Shown: piece by piece, positions 9,452 to 20,132 of the stretch
How positions within the stretch are numbered: the stretch's first letter is position 1
Layout of the letters: every line of letters starts with the position of its first letter
Assembly (NCBI GenBank): GCA_039812885.1
Contig: JBDIBI010000015.1
Coordinates: forward strand, 1 to 62,877
Length of the DNA: 62,877 bases
From: Blastocatellia bacterium
GTDB lineage: Bacteria; Acidobacteriota; Blastocatellia; Chloracidobacteriales; JADJPF01
Direction: 5' to 3'
Translations under genes and position numbers: made by a program
The notes under the pieces: model-generated
The model's database searches: none
Told to the model about the DNA's origin: nothing
What the model saw: the letters and a program-made list of their open reading frames with translations, nothing else

Positions 9452-9531
9452 AAAACAGAAACTCCTAATCTAAACAGCATTTCTATTTTCTATTTAGATT
9501 AGGAGTAAATCTAGTAAAAAAACCTAAGGAG

Positions 9532-10632
9532 TTATTGTACTGCCAACATACGATCTAAAGCTACTCTAGCCCAATGAGCAACTGTTTCTGGAACTTTGAT
9601 TTGATTAACGATTGTACCAGCTTTTAAGTTATCCAATGCCCAAAGAATATTTTCTGGAGCAATACGAAACATAGTTGAACACATGCAAAGATCTGGAGCA
9701 AGTAATCTAACAAAACGATCTGGATATTCATTCTTTAAGCGGTTTACTAGGTTGACCTCTGTTCCAACTGCCCATTGGCTACCTACAGGACTATTAGCAA
9801 TAGTCTTAATAATATATTCTGTTGAACCAACAAAATCAGCTTTTTGCACTACACCCCAAGAACACTCAGGATGAACTAATACATTAATTCCAGGATGTTC
9901 TTTTCTTACTTCATCAACATGCCAAGGTTGGAAACGTGCATGTACAGAGCAATGCCCTTTCCATAAGATAATCTTAGCTTTCTCTAATGCTTCTGGAGTA
10001 TTTCCACCTAATTCTTGATATGGATCCCAAACCACCATATCATCTAAAGAAACCCCTTTAGCATAAGCGGTATTGCGTCCTAAGTGTTGATCTGGAAAGA
10101 AGAAAATCTTTTCTTTTTGTCCCCAAGCCCAATCAAAAATGCCTTTAGCATTAGAAGAAGTACAAACAGCTCCACTTCTTTCTCCACAAAAAGCTTTTAC
10201 TGCTGCTGTAGAGTTCATATAAGTAATAGGCAACACAGAGTTAATCCCCAAATCATCTAACTCATCCCAAGCAGCTTCTACTTGCTCTATCGTAGCCATA
10301 TCAGCCATTGAACAACCTGCTGCTAAATCAGGCAAAATAACTTTTTGATGTGGTTTGCTTAGAATATCTGCGGATTCAGCCATAAAATGCACACCACAAA
10401 AAACTATAAATTCAGCAGATCTTTGTGATGCCATCTCTGAGAGCTTAAAAGAATCTCCTCGTAAATCTGAATGGCAAATCACATCATCACGTTGATAGTG
10501 ATGTCCTAAAATGACAAGCTGTTGACCTAACTCACGACGTATTGCTTCTATTCTTTGACCTAATTCTGGTTGATTAATACTAAAATAGGCTTCGAAAGGA
10601 CGTGCAACTCGTTTTAATTGTGCTACTTGCAT
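9532..10632 (-). CDS. nadA: Quinolinate synthase NadA
   Basis: 366 aa NadA family with conserved Cys ligands and HFMAESADI-like motifs. It is the correct length for NadA. Confidence 0.8.
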   Translation of the reverse strand: MQVAQLKRVARPFEAYFSINQPELGQRIEAIRRELGQQLVILGHHYQRDDVICHSDLRGDSFKLSEMASQRSAEFIVFCGVHFMAESADILSKPHQKVILPDLAAGCSMADMATIEQVEAAWDELDDLGINSVLPITYMNSTAAVKAFCGERSGAVCTSSNAKGIFDWAWGQKEKIFFFPDQHLGRNTAYAKGVSLDDMVVWDPYQELGGNTPEALEKAKIILWKGHCSVHARFQPWHVDEVRKEHPGINVLVHPECSWGVVQKADFVGSTEYIIKTIANSPVGSQWAVGTEVNLVNRLKNEYPDRFVRLLAPDLCMCSTMFRIAPENILWALDNLKAGTIVNQIKVPETVAHWARVALDRMLAVQ

Positions 10633-10970
10633 AGTTGCTCCTAATACCCTGAGAGTATCGCTTTGCTTTACCCCAGATTAATATATTTTTATATAACCAA
10701 TGTCTTTCAACACTTATTTGCTTATATAATTACTTGTCAAGCTTGAGAAAATTTTCACTAGCTCTATATTTATTATCCTATGTTAAGAGTTAGGTGTCAA
10801 GTGAAAAAAATCACAATCTCCTAATTGATTCTTTAAAATGGTTTTAGGCAAGATATTACAAAAAGTTACTTTAATTTTTCGCACTTAGTGTGAAATAATT
10901 GATCTGTTTAAATAAATTATGGGTAAGAACAAGACATACACTAAGCAAACTAAGTAGGAAATAAAAGACA

Positions 10971-11966
10971 ATGTTAACAAAAAAAGCTGATGATATTAAA
11001 AGCAGCGAAATTACAGAGGAAAAGTTATATTTTTCTCGTCGCAATTTTATTCGTGCTGGAGCTTTAGCAGCAAGCACTTTAGCTACAGGGTTTGCCTATA
11101 GACAGCTTTTTATTCCAGAACAAAAAATTGTTCTTAATGAACAAGAAATTCCAAATATTCAGCCTTCTTCTATTAAATTACCTTTAGCTAATAATGATAA
11201 ACCTAATGATTTTACAGATATTACTAGCTACAATAATTTTTACGAATTTTCAACTTCTAAATCAGGTGTTGTCAGAGCATCAAAGAACTTTGTTGCCCGT
11301 CCTTGGACATTAACAGTGGAAGGACTAGTTAATAAGCCCAAAACTTTTGATTTAGATGAGCTTTTCAAAATTAGCCCTTTAGAAGAACGTACTTACCGCA
11401 TGCGTTGTGTAGAAGCTTGGTCAATGGTAATTCCCTGGGTAGGCTTTCCGCTAGCTAAAATACTAGAAAAAGTTGAACCTTTATCTACTGCTTCCTATGT
11501 AGCTTTTGAAACTCTTTATGATCCTGAAAGAATGCCTAACCAATATAAAAGCCCTGCTTCTTTGTTTAGTGTGCTAGATTGGCCTTATGTAGAGGGTTTA
11601 AGGATAGATGAAGCAATGCATCCACTTACAATAATGGCAGTAGGACTTTATGGAAAAATTTTACTTCCTGCTAATGGTGCACCTATACGTTTAGTTGTAC
11701 CTTGGAAATATGGCTTTAAAAACATTAAATCTATAGTAAAAATCAAGCTAGTAGATCATCAACCAAGAACAACTTGGAGTTCAGAAGCTCCTAGTGAATA
11801 TGGCTTTTATGCCAATGTTAATCCAGAAGTCTCACATCCTCGCTGGAGCCAAGCAGAAGAAAGGCGCATTGGTGATTTTACTTATCGGCCTACTTTACTT
11901 TTTAATGGTTATGCTGAGCAAGTAGGAAACTTATATAGTAAGATGGATTTACGTACATTTTTTTAA
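10971..11966 (+). CDS. msrP: Protein-methionine-sulfoxide reductase catalytic subunit MsrP (YedY, molybdopterin oxidoreductase) with a Tat signal
   Basis: Twin-arginine signal [14 protein letters not shown]. Mo-cofactor domain motifs [20 protein letters not shown]. Paired with the msrQ-like gene downstream. Confidence 0.85.
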   Translation: MLTKKADDIKSSEITEEKLYFSRRNFIRAGALAASTLATGFAYRQLFIPEQKIVLNEQEIPNIQPSSIKLPLANNDKPNDFTDITSYNNFYEFSTSKSGVVRASKNFVARPWTLTVEGLVNKPKTFDLDELFKISPLEERTYRMRCVEAWSMVIPWVGFPLAKILEKVEPLSTASYVAFETLYDPERMPNQYKSPASLFSVLDWPYVEGLRIDEAMHPLTIMAVGLYGKILLPANGAPIRLVVPWKYGFKNIKSIVKIKLVDHQPRTTWSSEAPSEYGFYANVNPEVSHPRWSQAEERRIGDFTYRPTLLFNGYAEQVGNLYSKMDLRTFF

Positions 11967-11985
11967 CATATGAATCAAAAGTAAA

Positions 11986-12597
11986 ATGAATAGTGACATA
12001 AAATTTAATAAGGCAATTATTTTTATCAACGGTATCATACCTGTGCTTTTACTAGCTTGGGATGCTTATCATCAAAGGCTGGGAGCAAATCCACAAGAAT
12101 TTGTTATTCACACTTTAGGCACTTGCACAATAATTTTCTTGCTCATCACTTTATCTATAACACCCTTACGTAAGATAACCAACTGGCATACTTTAACTCG
12201 TTATCGTCGGATGTTAGGTTTATTTGCCTTTTTTTATGCCTTTTTGCATGTATTTTTCTATGGTTGGTTTAACAAGTTCTTTAATCTTAGCAAAATCCTA
12301 GAAGATATATTTAAGCGTCAATTTATTTTTATTGGAATGATTAGCTTTACTATTTTGTTAGTTCTAGCCATTACTTCATCAAACAAAATGGTTAAGCGCC
12401 TAGGAGGTCAGCTTTGGCGCAAAGTTCATCGTTATGTTTATCATGCTAGTTTTTTAGGAATTGCACATTATTGGATGTCAGTCAAAGCAGATACTAGCCG
12501 ACCAATGATATTTATGATAATAATAATAGTTCTGCTTGGCTATCGTTATTTTACATCTCGACCAGAGCAATCTAACCTTCGAGGCATCGCTCGTTGA
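11986..12597 (+). CDS. msrQ: Heme-binding membrane subunit MsrQ (YedZ, ferric reductase-like transmembrane protein)
   Basis: 203 aa with about six transmembrane helices and conserved His pairs for heme b (HVFFYGW and HYWMS). Lies immediately downstream of msrP. Confidence 0.8.
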   Translation: MNSDIKFNKAIIFINGIIPVLLLAWDAYHQRLGANPQEFVIHTLGTCTIIFLLITLSITPLRKITNWHTLTRYRRMLGLFAFFYAFLHVFFYGWFNKFFNLSKILEDIFKRQFIFIGMISFTILLVLAITSSNKMVKRLGGQLWRKVHRYVYHASFLGIAHYWMSVKADTSRPMIFMIIIIVLLGYRYFTSRPEQSNLRGIAR

Positions 12598-12660
12598 TAT
12601 GAGTTCGCGCTTGCCCACTACAACCTAGGATCGCAAATGTGAGAGAACATATTTCTTTGA

Positions 12661-14022
12661 ATGAAAGGAAAACATATGACAGCAGTAACAATCGGCGCAA
12701 TGTCCGCTGATGAGATGATAGATCTTTGTAAACGCCATAGTATTTATGAATGGTCAGCGCAATCTGCAATTAACCCAATTCCTGTAGCAAAAGCTAAAGG
12801 CGTCTATTTTTGGCAACCAGATGGAAAACGCTTTATTGATTTTAACTCCCAATTAATGTGTGTAAATATTGGTCACGGTGATGAGCGTGTTATTGAAGCT
12901 ATAAAAAAACAAGCTGATACCCTTCCCTATGCCAATCCCTTTATGGCAACTGAAGTGCGTGCTCGTTTAGGACAAGTACTTTCAGAAATTACACCTGGAA
13001 ATCTTAATAAATTCTTCTTTACTTTAGGTGGAGCAGAAGCTACTGAAAATGCAATCAAAGCTGCTCGTCTTTATACTGGAAGACATAAATTAATAGCTCG
13101 CTATCGTAGCTATCACGGTGCTACAGCTGGAGCAATGACCCTAACAGGTGATCCCCGCCGTTGGGCAAATGAACCTGGGATTTCTGGGGTTTTAAGAGTA
13201 TTTGATCCTTATCGTTATCGTTGCAACTTCTGCAAAATGGCTGAATCTTGTACTTTAGACTGCTTAAACCATGTTGAAGAAGTACTTATGTATGAAGGGC
13301 CTCACACTGTAGCAGCTATTTTTGTTGAATCTGTTACTGGAACAAATGGTATTATTGTGCCTCCAGATGGTTATTTACAAGGCTTGCGCTCTCTTTGCGA
13401 TAAATATGGAATCTTACTAGTCTGTGACGAAGTTATGAGCGGGTTTGGACGTACTGGAGAATGGTTTGCTGTTGATCATTGGAAAGTTGTACCTGACTTA
13501 ATGCCTATGGCTAAAGGCTTAACAAGCGCTTACTTACCTATGGGTGCTTTAGCAATGAAGGAAGAAATTGCTGAACATTTTAATAATAAAGTTTTTGCTG
13601 GTGGCTTAACTTATAATTCTCATCCAATGTCTTGTGCTGCTGCATTAGCTACAATTGATGTATATAAACAAGATAATCTAATTGAAAATGCTCGCAAAAT
13701 GGGTCAAGTCTTAAAGCGTGAGATGGCTAGATTAACTGAAAAACACCCATCTATAGGCGAAACTCGTTCTATTGGATTATTTGGCATAGTAGAATTAGTA
13801 CGTAATCGTAAAACTAAAGAACCTATGGCACCATTTAATGGAACATCCCCTGAGATGACCAAACTTGCTGCATTCTTCCGGGAAAATGGGCTATATACCT
13901 TTGTACGTTGGAATAATTTCTTTACCAACCCACCACTTTGCATAACTGAAGAGCAATTGATGGAAGGTATTGATATCATTGATCGTGGTTTAGAAATCAC
14001 TGATCAAGCTGTTGTTGCATAA
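12661..14022 (+). CDS. Class-III (omega) aminotransferase, PLP-dependent
   Basis: 453 aa. Typical of the aspartate-aminotransferase superfamily class III (LVCDEVMSGFGRTGEWFA and the PLP-lysine region PDLMPMAKGL). The substrate cannot be assigned from sequence. Confidence 0.75.
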   Translation: MKGKHMTAVTIGAMSADEMIDLCKRHSIYEWSAQSAINPIPVAKAKGVYFWQPDGKRFIDFNSQLMCVNIGHGDERVIEAIKKQADTLPYANPFMATEVRARLGQVLSEITPGNLNKFFFTLGGAEATENAIKAARLYTGRHKLIARYRSYHGATAGAMTLTGDPRRWANEPGISGVLRVFDPYRYRCNFCKMAESCTLDCLNHVEEVLMYEGPHTVAAIFVESVTGTNGIIVPPDGYLQGLRSLCDKYGILLVCDEVMSGFGRTGEWFAVDHWKVVPDLMPMAKGLTSAYLPMGALAMKEEIAEHFNNKVFAGGLTYNSHPMSCAAALATIDVYKQDNLIENARKMGQVLKREMARLTEKHPSIGETRSIGLFGIVELVRNRKTKEPMAPFNGTSPEMTKLAAFFRENGLYTFVRWNNFFTNPPLCITEEQLMEGIDIIDRGLEITDQAVVA

Positions 14023-14029
14023 CCCAATC

Positions 14030-14058
14030 AGCCTGAAGCAAAAATTTTGCTTCAGGCT
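14030..14058 (+). terminator. Hairpin downstream of the aminotransferase, a candidate intrinsic terminator
   Basis: agcctgaagc (14030-14039) pairs with gcttcaggct (14049-14058), a perfect 10-bp stem around an A/T loop. There is no strong U-tract after the stem, so this call is weak. Confidence 0.35.
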
Positions 14059-14103
14059 ACAATACATAATTCAACTTATTTTTAAGAAAGTTCAGTATTA
14101 TCT

Positions 14104-15192
14104 ATGGAATCTTTTGATTTAGTAAAATTAGGTTGGAATGATTTTTTTGCCCAGCATTTTTCCTCACTAAAACTAAAATCTGCAAGTTTTGAAATTGGCA
14201 GAGTAGCATTAGAAAATCGACATCAATACTTACTTTATACAAAATCTGGAGAAATTATTGGAGAAACTACTGGTAGGCTTTTACATCATGCTGATACCAA
14301 TGCGGATTTACCTAAAGTAGGAGATTGGGTAGCCTTCACTCCATTTCCAGAAGAAGAAAAAGCAATTATCCATGAAGTATTGCCTAGAAAGTCAATTTTT
14401 TCCCGCAAAGTTGTAGGACGCAAGGTTGAAGAACAAGTGGTAGCAACCAATGTTGACACAGTTTTTATTGTCCAAGCACTAGATAATGATTTTAATCTAC
14501 GAAGGTTAGAACGCTATTTAATAATGGTTCATGAGGGAAAAGCTAAACCTGTAATAGTCCTTAACAAAATAGATCTTTGTGAAAACCCAGAAGAAAAAAT
14601 TGAGGAGCTAAAAAAAGCTGTTGGTACTACTCCGGTTATTTCAGTTAGCGCTAAAACAGGAATAGGAATATCTGAGCTAAAATCCTTTATTTACGAGGGT
14701 TTGACCTATGCTTTTACTGGCTCTTCAGGAGTTGGTAAATCTACTTTGCTTAATAAACTGTTTGCACAAGAAATTCAAAAAACTCATGATGTTAGAGAAA
14801 GTGATTCTCGTGGCCGACATACCACAACTACAAGAAAAATGTTTATTTTACCAGAAGGTGGCTTATTAATTGATACTCCTGGAATGCGTGAATTACAACT
14901 TTGGTATGGTGAAGAAGGATTATCAGACACTTTTTCAGATTTTGATGAACTATCAACAACTTGTCATTTCTCTAACTGTACACATACTAAAGAGATAAAA
15001 TGTTCTGTTCTAGAAGCTTTAGCACAAGGTGAGCTTTCAGCAGAACGCTATGAAAGCTTTATGAAATTACGCAAAGAATCAGAAGCACTTGCAGCTAAAC
15101 AAAGTGTTAGCAAATACATAGAGAGAAAACAAGAAACTAAGCGTGCACAAAAAGCTTATAATAAAAATAAGCGATATAAAGATGAAGATTAA
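14104..15192 (+). CDS. rsgA: Ribosome small-subunit-dependent GTPase A (RsgA/YjeQ)
   Basis: Circularly permuted GTPase with G4 NKIDL before G1 GSSGVGKSTLLN, a DTPG motif, and a C-terminal zinc finger CHFSNCTHTKEIKCSV. Confidence 0.85.
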   Translation: MESFDLVKLGWNDFFAQHFSSLKLKSASFEIGRVALENRHQYLLYTKSGEIIGETTGRLLHHADTNADLPKVGDWVAFTPFPEEEKAIIHEVLPRKSIFSRKVVGRKVEEQVVATNVDTVFIVQALDNDFNLRRLERYLIMVHEGKAKPVIVLNKIDLCENPEEKIEELKKAVGTTPVISVSAKTGIGISELKSFIYEGLTYAFTGSSGVGKSTLLNKLFAQEIQKTHDVRESDSRGRHTTTTRKMFILPEGGLLIDTPGMRELQLWYGEEGLSDTFSDFDELSTTCHFSNCTHTKEIKCSVLEALAQGELSAERYESFMKLRKESEALAAKQSVSKYIERKQETKRAQKAYNKNKRYKDED

Positions 15193-15335
15193 ATGATGTG
15201 TTATCTAATAGTTACACTTCTTTATCTTACGTATTAGCTAAATATTTTAAAAATCTGCCTAATATCGTTTGGCCTCACCATTGCATAAAATCTATAATTC
15301 AAAAAATTCTCTTTCTGAAATAATAAAAGGATATT

Positions 15336-18300
15336 TTGTTACTTATGAAAGCTAGGCTAACTATACTAATAGCTCTATTTATTGCTGCGTTATCTTTTCC
15401 ACTGCTAAAACCTCAAGCTTATCTGCTTAACTCAAAAGATGCTGATAGAAAAGCCGTTTCTCAGTGGCTCAAAGCTCGTCTAAAAGCTCAAATGGCAGGA
15501 AATAGCTCCGAATTATGGCAAAGAGAAATACCTAAAGATTCCTCTTCTAAAACCTCTAAACATTCAAAAACTCTTAAAAACTTTCCGGTTATCAGACAAA
15601 ATTTATTTAATTTATTTCCTAACACACAAATTGATTTTTTTAATTCTTTGGAAAGTGATTTGTTTAATCAAACAACACAAGAAGCAATAGTAGCAGGAAA
15701 TGAAAACATTCAACTTAATGATCCAAATCAAGAATCTGGCTCAAGAGTACAAAACAACACCTCTAGTGCAGTTAGTGGTAACAACATAGTAGTGGCCTAC
15801 AATGACATAGGTACAGAAATTGGAGCCGTTAGTTACTCTAATGATAATGGCGTAAACTGGAAGACTACGCATATACCTCAAGTTCCCGGCGGTAGAAACT
15901 TTGGAAGTGGTGTAGTAGCAGCTAGTGGTAAAACCTTTTATTATACTGGATTAGGGGTTAATAGCATTGGAGTTTCTGCTATATTTATTTCCCGTTCTAC
16001 CGATGCTGGACAAACTTGGAGCGTTCCAAGTTTTATTGCTGTTCCACTTAGTAATAATTCTTTTCAAGACAAGCCTTGGATTGCTGTAGATACAACCAAC
16101 ACAGTTACAGGAGGTAATGTATATGTTGGTTGGACTGATTTTACAATTACAGGTATAAACAACGGCTCTAAAATTGTTTGTGCGGTTTCTAATGATGGAG
16201 GCTTAAGCTTTTCCCCTCCTGTTACAGTATTTTCTGTTGATCCTTCTGTTAATGTTCAAGGAGTTACAATTGCTATTGGAGCTAAAGGAGAAGTAAATCT
16301 TGCTTGGGGAAATGATTCTGTATCAGGAATTACTTTTTCACGCTCTACTGATGGTGGACAAACCTTTTCTAGTCCAGTAATTGCTGCCAAAATTAAAACT
16401 TATGAGCTACTAGGAACAATACTTAATAGTCATTTTTCAGTTAATGGTCTTCCTAGTTTAGCTGTTGATAACAGTTCTTCTGCAACTCAAGGAAATATTT
16501 ATGTAACATTTAATGCGCCATCTACAAGCAATCCACAGGATTTAGCAGATGTTTTTCTAGCTCGCTCTACAGATCAAGGGATAAGTTGGAGTGAACTTAT
16601 AAAGGTCAATGATGATAAAACTTCCACAGACCAATTTATGCCATCTGTTGCTGTAACTATAGATGGTACGGTTGGAGTTATGTGGTATGACCGTCGCAAT
16701 GACTCTTTATACAATGGTATGTTAGATGTTTATGCAACAACTTCAACCGATGGTGGAAAGTCATTTAACCCTAGTGTACGCATCAGTACAGCGAATTGGG
16801 GAGTACTTACTACTCCAATTGGAATACGTAGTAATTATCATGGTGATTACAATCAAATAAGTGCATTGACTAATCAAGCAGGGTTTTTCTTTAACTGGGG
16901 AGATGATCGTAGTGGTAAAGATCCTGATGTATATGGCTTAAAACTACTATCTCCACTATCTAATGCTAATAATTTTGCAATGTCTCCAATTACTCCATCT
17001 CAAACAATTGTAGCTGGGCAAAAAGCAGAATTTTTATTACAGCTACTCAATAACACAAGGACTATTAATATAGTTGCAAATTCTGATAGTGATACAATTA
17101 ATTTTGAGTTTGAAAATCGAGGTCAGCAAATTGTAGTACGGCCTCGAACTAGTGCTACAACACCAGTTGGAACTCATCCAATAAATGTAACGGTTACAAA
17201 TGCTAGTGGAGTTAAAACCTCTATAACATTGCGATTAAATGTTCTAGCACAACAAAACTTTCCTAGTTTACCAATAAATATTTCCCAATCTGTAAGCCAA
17301 AGCATTGAGCCACATACAGCCATTGATCAGCAAGGAACAATGACTGCTGTTTGGGTTGACAATACAACTAGAAATTTTCGTGTTTATCTATCGCGTTCCA
17401 TAAACAATGGAAATTCTTTCTCTCCTCAAATAGATATTTCAAAAAGTGATAACTTAAGTATTAACCCAAAAGTGGCAGTTGGCCCAGATAAAGTCATTCA
17501 TGTGATTTGGCAAGAATGCCCTGATGATTCTTGTCAAGTGATGTATAGCCGTTCTACAGATCAAGGAAGCAGTTTTTCTAAACCTAAGCTTATATCTCAG
17601 GATATAGAGTTTTCTGAGCTTCCAAACATTATTACTAACCCTAACGGTGAAGTAGTTATTTTTTGGGATGGAGCAAGAACTTTAAGTGGAGCTAAATTTG
17701 AGGTTTTTGCTAGTAAATCTAATGATAGTGGGGAGCGTTTTTCATTTCCAACTTCTTTAATTAGTGACAGTGCAAGAAATCTTTTTACTACAGCATCCAC
17801 AAGTGATGGAAAAGGTAATAGTTACTTAGCTTATGAAAGTTGTAAAAATGGCAATTGTCGCATTGAGTTTAAGCGTTCTAGCAATGGATTTGATAGCTTT
17901 ACAGATGGAGCAATCGCTTCTGGAGATTTAAGTTTTGCCATTCGCCCAAGTTTAAGTACATCTGGAAATGGTGTTGTACAAGTTGCTATGACTGTAGCTT
18001 TGGAGGGTCAAGGAAATCGCTTTGAAATTTTCCAAGCAAATTCATTTAACAATGGAGCAAGTTTTAGTTCACCTAAAAATATTTCTAAAAGTGTTCAAAC
18101 TTCCAATGACGCAAGTGTTCTAGCTATAAATCAACAAGTCTATGTAGCTTGGAGAGATTTATCTTCTGGAAATCCAGATATTTTCTTAGCTAAATCCACA
18201 GACCAAGGAAATAGCTTTTCACCTGCAATCAATGTAACTAGTAATAATACTATTTCAGTAATTCCAACTTTAATTAGTGATTCAGCTAATCGTGTATATC

Positions 18301-18908
18301 TTTCTTATCAAGATGAGTTAAATGGAAATGATGATATTTATTATCTTAGAGTAGATGGAACTCCACTTCCAACGACACTTGATAACTTTTCACCTACTAG
18401 TGGGCCAGTTGGCACAACCATAACAATTACAGGTCAAGAGCTAGCGCAAACAACTGCGGTTAGTATTGCAGGAGTAGCAGCTAAATTCTTTTTCTCTAAA
18501 CCTACAGAAATTTCTGTTGTTGTTCCTGATGGAGCTAAAACTGGAGTTATTTCCCTTACTACAACTAGTGGAACTATAACTAGCAAAGATTCTTTTACAG
18601 TAGTAACACCAATAATCAATATAATTAGTCCATTAGGTGGCGGAGTTTTAAGAGGCGGAAATGATTTTATCATCAAATGGCAAGTTCAAGGTGTTGAACC
18701 AGCTAGCTTTGATTTATTGCTTTCAACAGATGGTGGAGCAACGTTCTCTATGCCTATAGCAATGAATTTATCTGCAAGTGATAGAATGTTTACTTGGGCA
18801 GTTCCTAAAATGAAAGTAAAAATGGCTCGTATACAGTTAGTTACACGTACTAGTAATGGAGTAAGTTTTTTAACTAATAGTAATACTTTTAAGATTAAAG
18901 CCAAGTAA
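15336..18908 (+). CDS. Large secreted BNR/Asp-box repeat protein (sialidase-like beta-propeller fold) with a C-terminal IPT/TIG-like Ig domain
   Basis: Signal peptide. At least 10 Asp-box motifs S-x-D-x-G-x-[ST]-[WF] (STDAGQTW, SNDGGLSF, STDGGQTF, STDQGISW, STDGGKSF, STDQGSSF, SNDSGERF, STDQGNSF, STDGGATF). C-terminal FSPTSGPVGTTITITG resembles IPT/TIG. Confidence 0.65.
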   Translation: MLLMKARLTILIALFIAALSFPLLKPQAYLLNSKDADRKAVSQWLKARLKAQMAGNSSELWQREIPKDSSSKTSKHSKTLKNFPVIRQNLFNLFPNTQIDFFNSLESDLFNQTTQEAIVAGNENIQLNDPNQESGSRVQNNTSSAVSGNNIVVAYNDIGTEIGAVSYSNDNGVNWKTTHIPQVPGGRNFGSGVVAASGKTFYYTGLGVNSIGVSAIFISRSTDAGQTWSVPSFIAVPLSNNSFQDKPWIAVDTTNTVTGGNVYVGWTDFTITGINNGSKIVCAVSNDGGLSFSPPVTVFSVDPSVNVQGVTIAIGAKGEVNLAWGNDSVSGITFSRSTDGGQTFSSPVIAAKIKTYELLGTILNSHFSVNGLPSLAVDNSSSATQGNIYVTFNAPSTSNPQDLADVFLARSTDQGISWSELIKVNDDKTSTDQFMPSVAVTIDGTVGVMWYDRRNDSLYNGMLDVYATTSTDGGKSFNPSVRISTANWGVLTTPIGIRSNYHGDYNQISALTNQAGFFFNWGDDRSGKDPDVYGLKLLSPLSNANNFAMSPITPSQTIVAGQKAEFLLQLLNNTRTINIVANSDSDTINFEFENRGQQIVVRPRTSATTPVGTHPINVTVTNASGVKTSITLRLNVLAQQNFPSLPINISQSVSQSIEPHTAIDQQGTMTAVWVDNTTRNFRVYLSRSINNGNSFSPQIDISKSDNLSINPKVAVGPDKVIHVIWQECPDDSCQVMYSRSTDQGSSFSKPKLISQDIEFSELPNIITNPNGEVVIFWDGARTLSGAKFEVFASKSNDSGERFSFPTSLISDSARNLFTTASTSDGKGNSYLAYESCKNGNCRIEFKRSSNGFDSFTDGAIASGDLSFAIRPSLSTSGNGVVQVAMTVALEGQGNRFEIFQANSFNNGASFSSPKNISKSVQTSNDASVLAINQQVYVAWRDLSSGNPDIFLAKSTDQGNSFSPAINVTSNNTISVIPTLISDSANRVYLSYQDELNGNDDIYYLRVDGTPLPTTLDNFSPTSGPVGTTITITGQELAQTTAVSIAGVAAKFFFSKPTEISVVVPDGAKTGVISLTTTSGTITSKDSFTVVTPIINIISPLGGGVLRGGNDFIIKWQVQGVEPASFDLLLSTDGGATFSMPIAMNLSASDRMFTWAVPKMKVKMARIQLVTRTSNGVSFLTNSNTFKIKAK

Positions 18909-18920
18909 TGTTTAACTTTG

Positions 18921-18950
18921 TAGGGGCAAAGAGTTTTGCCCCTATATTTA
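18921..18950. terminator. Hairpin between convergent genes, a probable bidirectional intrinsic terminator
   Basis: taggggcaaa (18921-18930) pairs with tttgccccta (18935-18944) around loop gagt. A T-rich run lies on the + side (tatttaatt) and an A/T-rich run on the - side. Confidence 0.5.
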
Positions 18951-18974
18951 ATTATCAACATTTCCTCAACTCAA

Positions 18975-20132
18975 CTAATTAATACTACCATAATTTGCTA
19001 AGGCCAAAGCATAAGCCATCCAAGCTTGAGACCAACGGAGATAAGATATTTTGTTAACTGAGTAACTAGATTTTTGAAAGTAGAAAAATCCTGATTTATC
19101 CAGCATATTTTTTATTGTCCAACCTAAAACTTTGTCTATATGTTGTTTATAATCAGGAATTAAATCTTTTAAGTACACAAAAGTAACTATAGCTTGTGCA
19201 GCAGAATGTATATCTATTGGATAAGTGTTATTGTGGTAATACTTAGGTGTACCATCATCAAGAAAAAAATTATCTAAATAGTATTTTAGACCTTTATTTA
19301 GAATAGATTGCCATTGCTGAGCTTCACAGTTTTGAATAACCACATTTAGTGAAACTAAATTAAAACCTGTGTGAAAACTATCAATCCAAGTTTGATTGCT
19401 AGCCATACCATATGGCCAAGAGCCATCCTGAGATTGCCTATTTACACTAAAACGAGCTGAAGCTATTGCAGCTTCAATTAACTCTATTTCATGAGTAAAC
19501 CTAGCAGTTCTAGCTAATAATTCTGAGCCTAACAAATTAGCATTATGGACTTGGCTTTTATCTAAAGGAGTATAGCTAAAACAAAACTCCTCTTTACCTT
19601 CACTTCTATTTAGATCTTGCAGTACAAATTGACAAGCAGAGCGTGCTGCTTCTAATGAACTAGGTTCTTTGAAAAGCTGATAGTGATCTAGCCAGGCTTG
19701 AGCAACAAAAGTTGTGCATACAATTGATGGAGTATTTTTAGGTACAAAAAAGGCTCGTGATTGCCAATCAAAGTTATATCCCCAACACATTCTCTCATCA
19801 TAACCTGGAGAGCGCAACGCCCATAATCTTTCTAATAATTCTTCTGCATCACGACGATATTTTTCTTGCTTTGTAGCCTGATAAGCACTTAGTAAAGCTC
19901 GAACAAACAAAGCTAAACCTTTAGGGTTTTCGCCCTTCTCTACACCTACTAAAGGCCGAAAATTTATTGGAGATCTTTTTATTACTTGAATTAAAGCAAT
20001 TCGCAAAAACTTAGAATTTGGCATTATTTGATAAAGAGAACTATTTAAACCATCATATGGGTCATAGCCCTGCCAATCTTCCTTACGACAATATTCTAAT
20101 AAATTATCAAAATGATCTTGATATATAAACAA
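18975..20132 (-). CDS. Hypothetical protein, possibly an (alpha/alpha)6-barrel enzyme of the N-acylglucosamine 2-epimerase / glycoside-hydrolase-like superfamily
   Basis: 385 aa with no signal peptide. Trp-rich repeated helical segments (WQGYDPYDG, CWGYNFDWQS, DGSWPYGM). Assigned by motif resemblance only, and the call is weak. Confidence 0.3.
   Translation of the reverse strand: MFIYQDHFDNLLEYCRKEDWQGYDPYDGLNSSLYQIMPNSKFLRIALIQVIKRSPINFRPLVGVEKGENPKGLALFVRALLSAYQATKQEKYRRDAEELLERLWALRSPGYDERMCWGYNFDWQSRAFFVPKNTPSIVCTTFVAQAWLDHYQLFKEPSSLEAARSACQFVLQDLNRSEGKEEFCFSYTPLDKSQVHNANLLGSELLARTARFTHEIELIEAAIASARFSVNRQSQDGSWPYGMASNQTWIDSFHTGFNLVSLNVVIQNCEAQQWQSILNKGLKYYLDNFFLDDGTPKYYHNNTYPIDIHSAAQAIVTFVYLKDLIPDYKQHIDKVLGWTIKNMLDKSGFFYFQKSSYSVNKISYLRWSQAWMAYALALANYGSIN

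Noticed and set aside
14030-14058. Strong terminator call for the 10-bp perfect palindrome after the aminotransferase
   Set aside because: Kept only as a low-confidence feature. The stem is excellent, but the T-run lies in the loop rather than 3' of the stem, so it may instead be a protein-binding palindrome.
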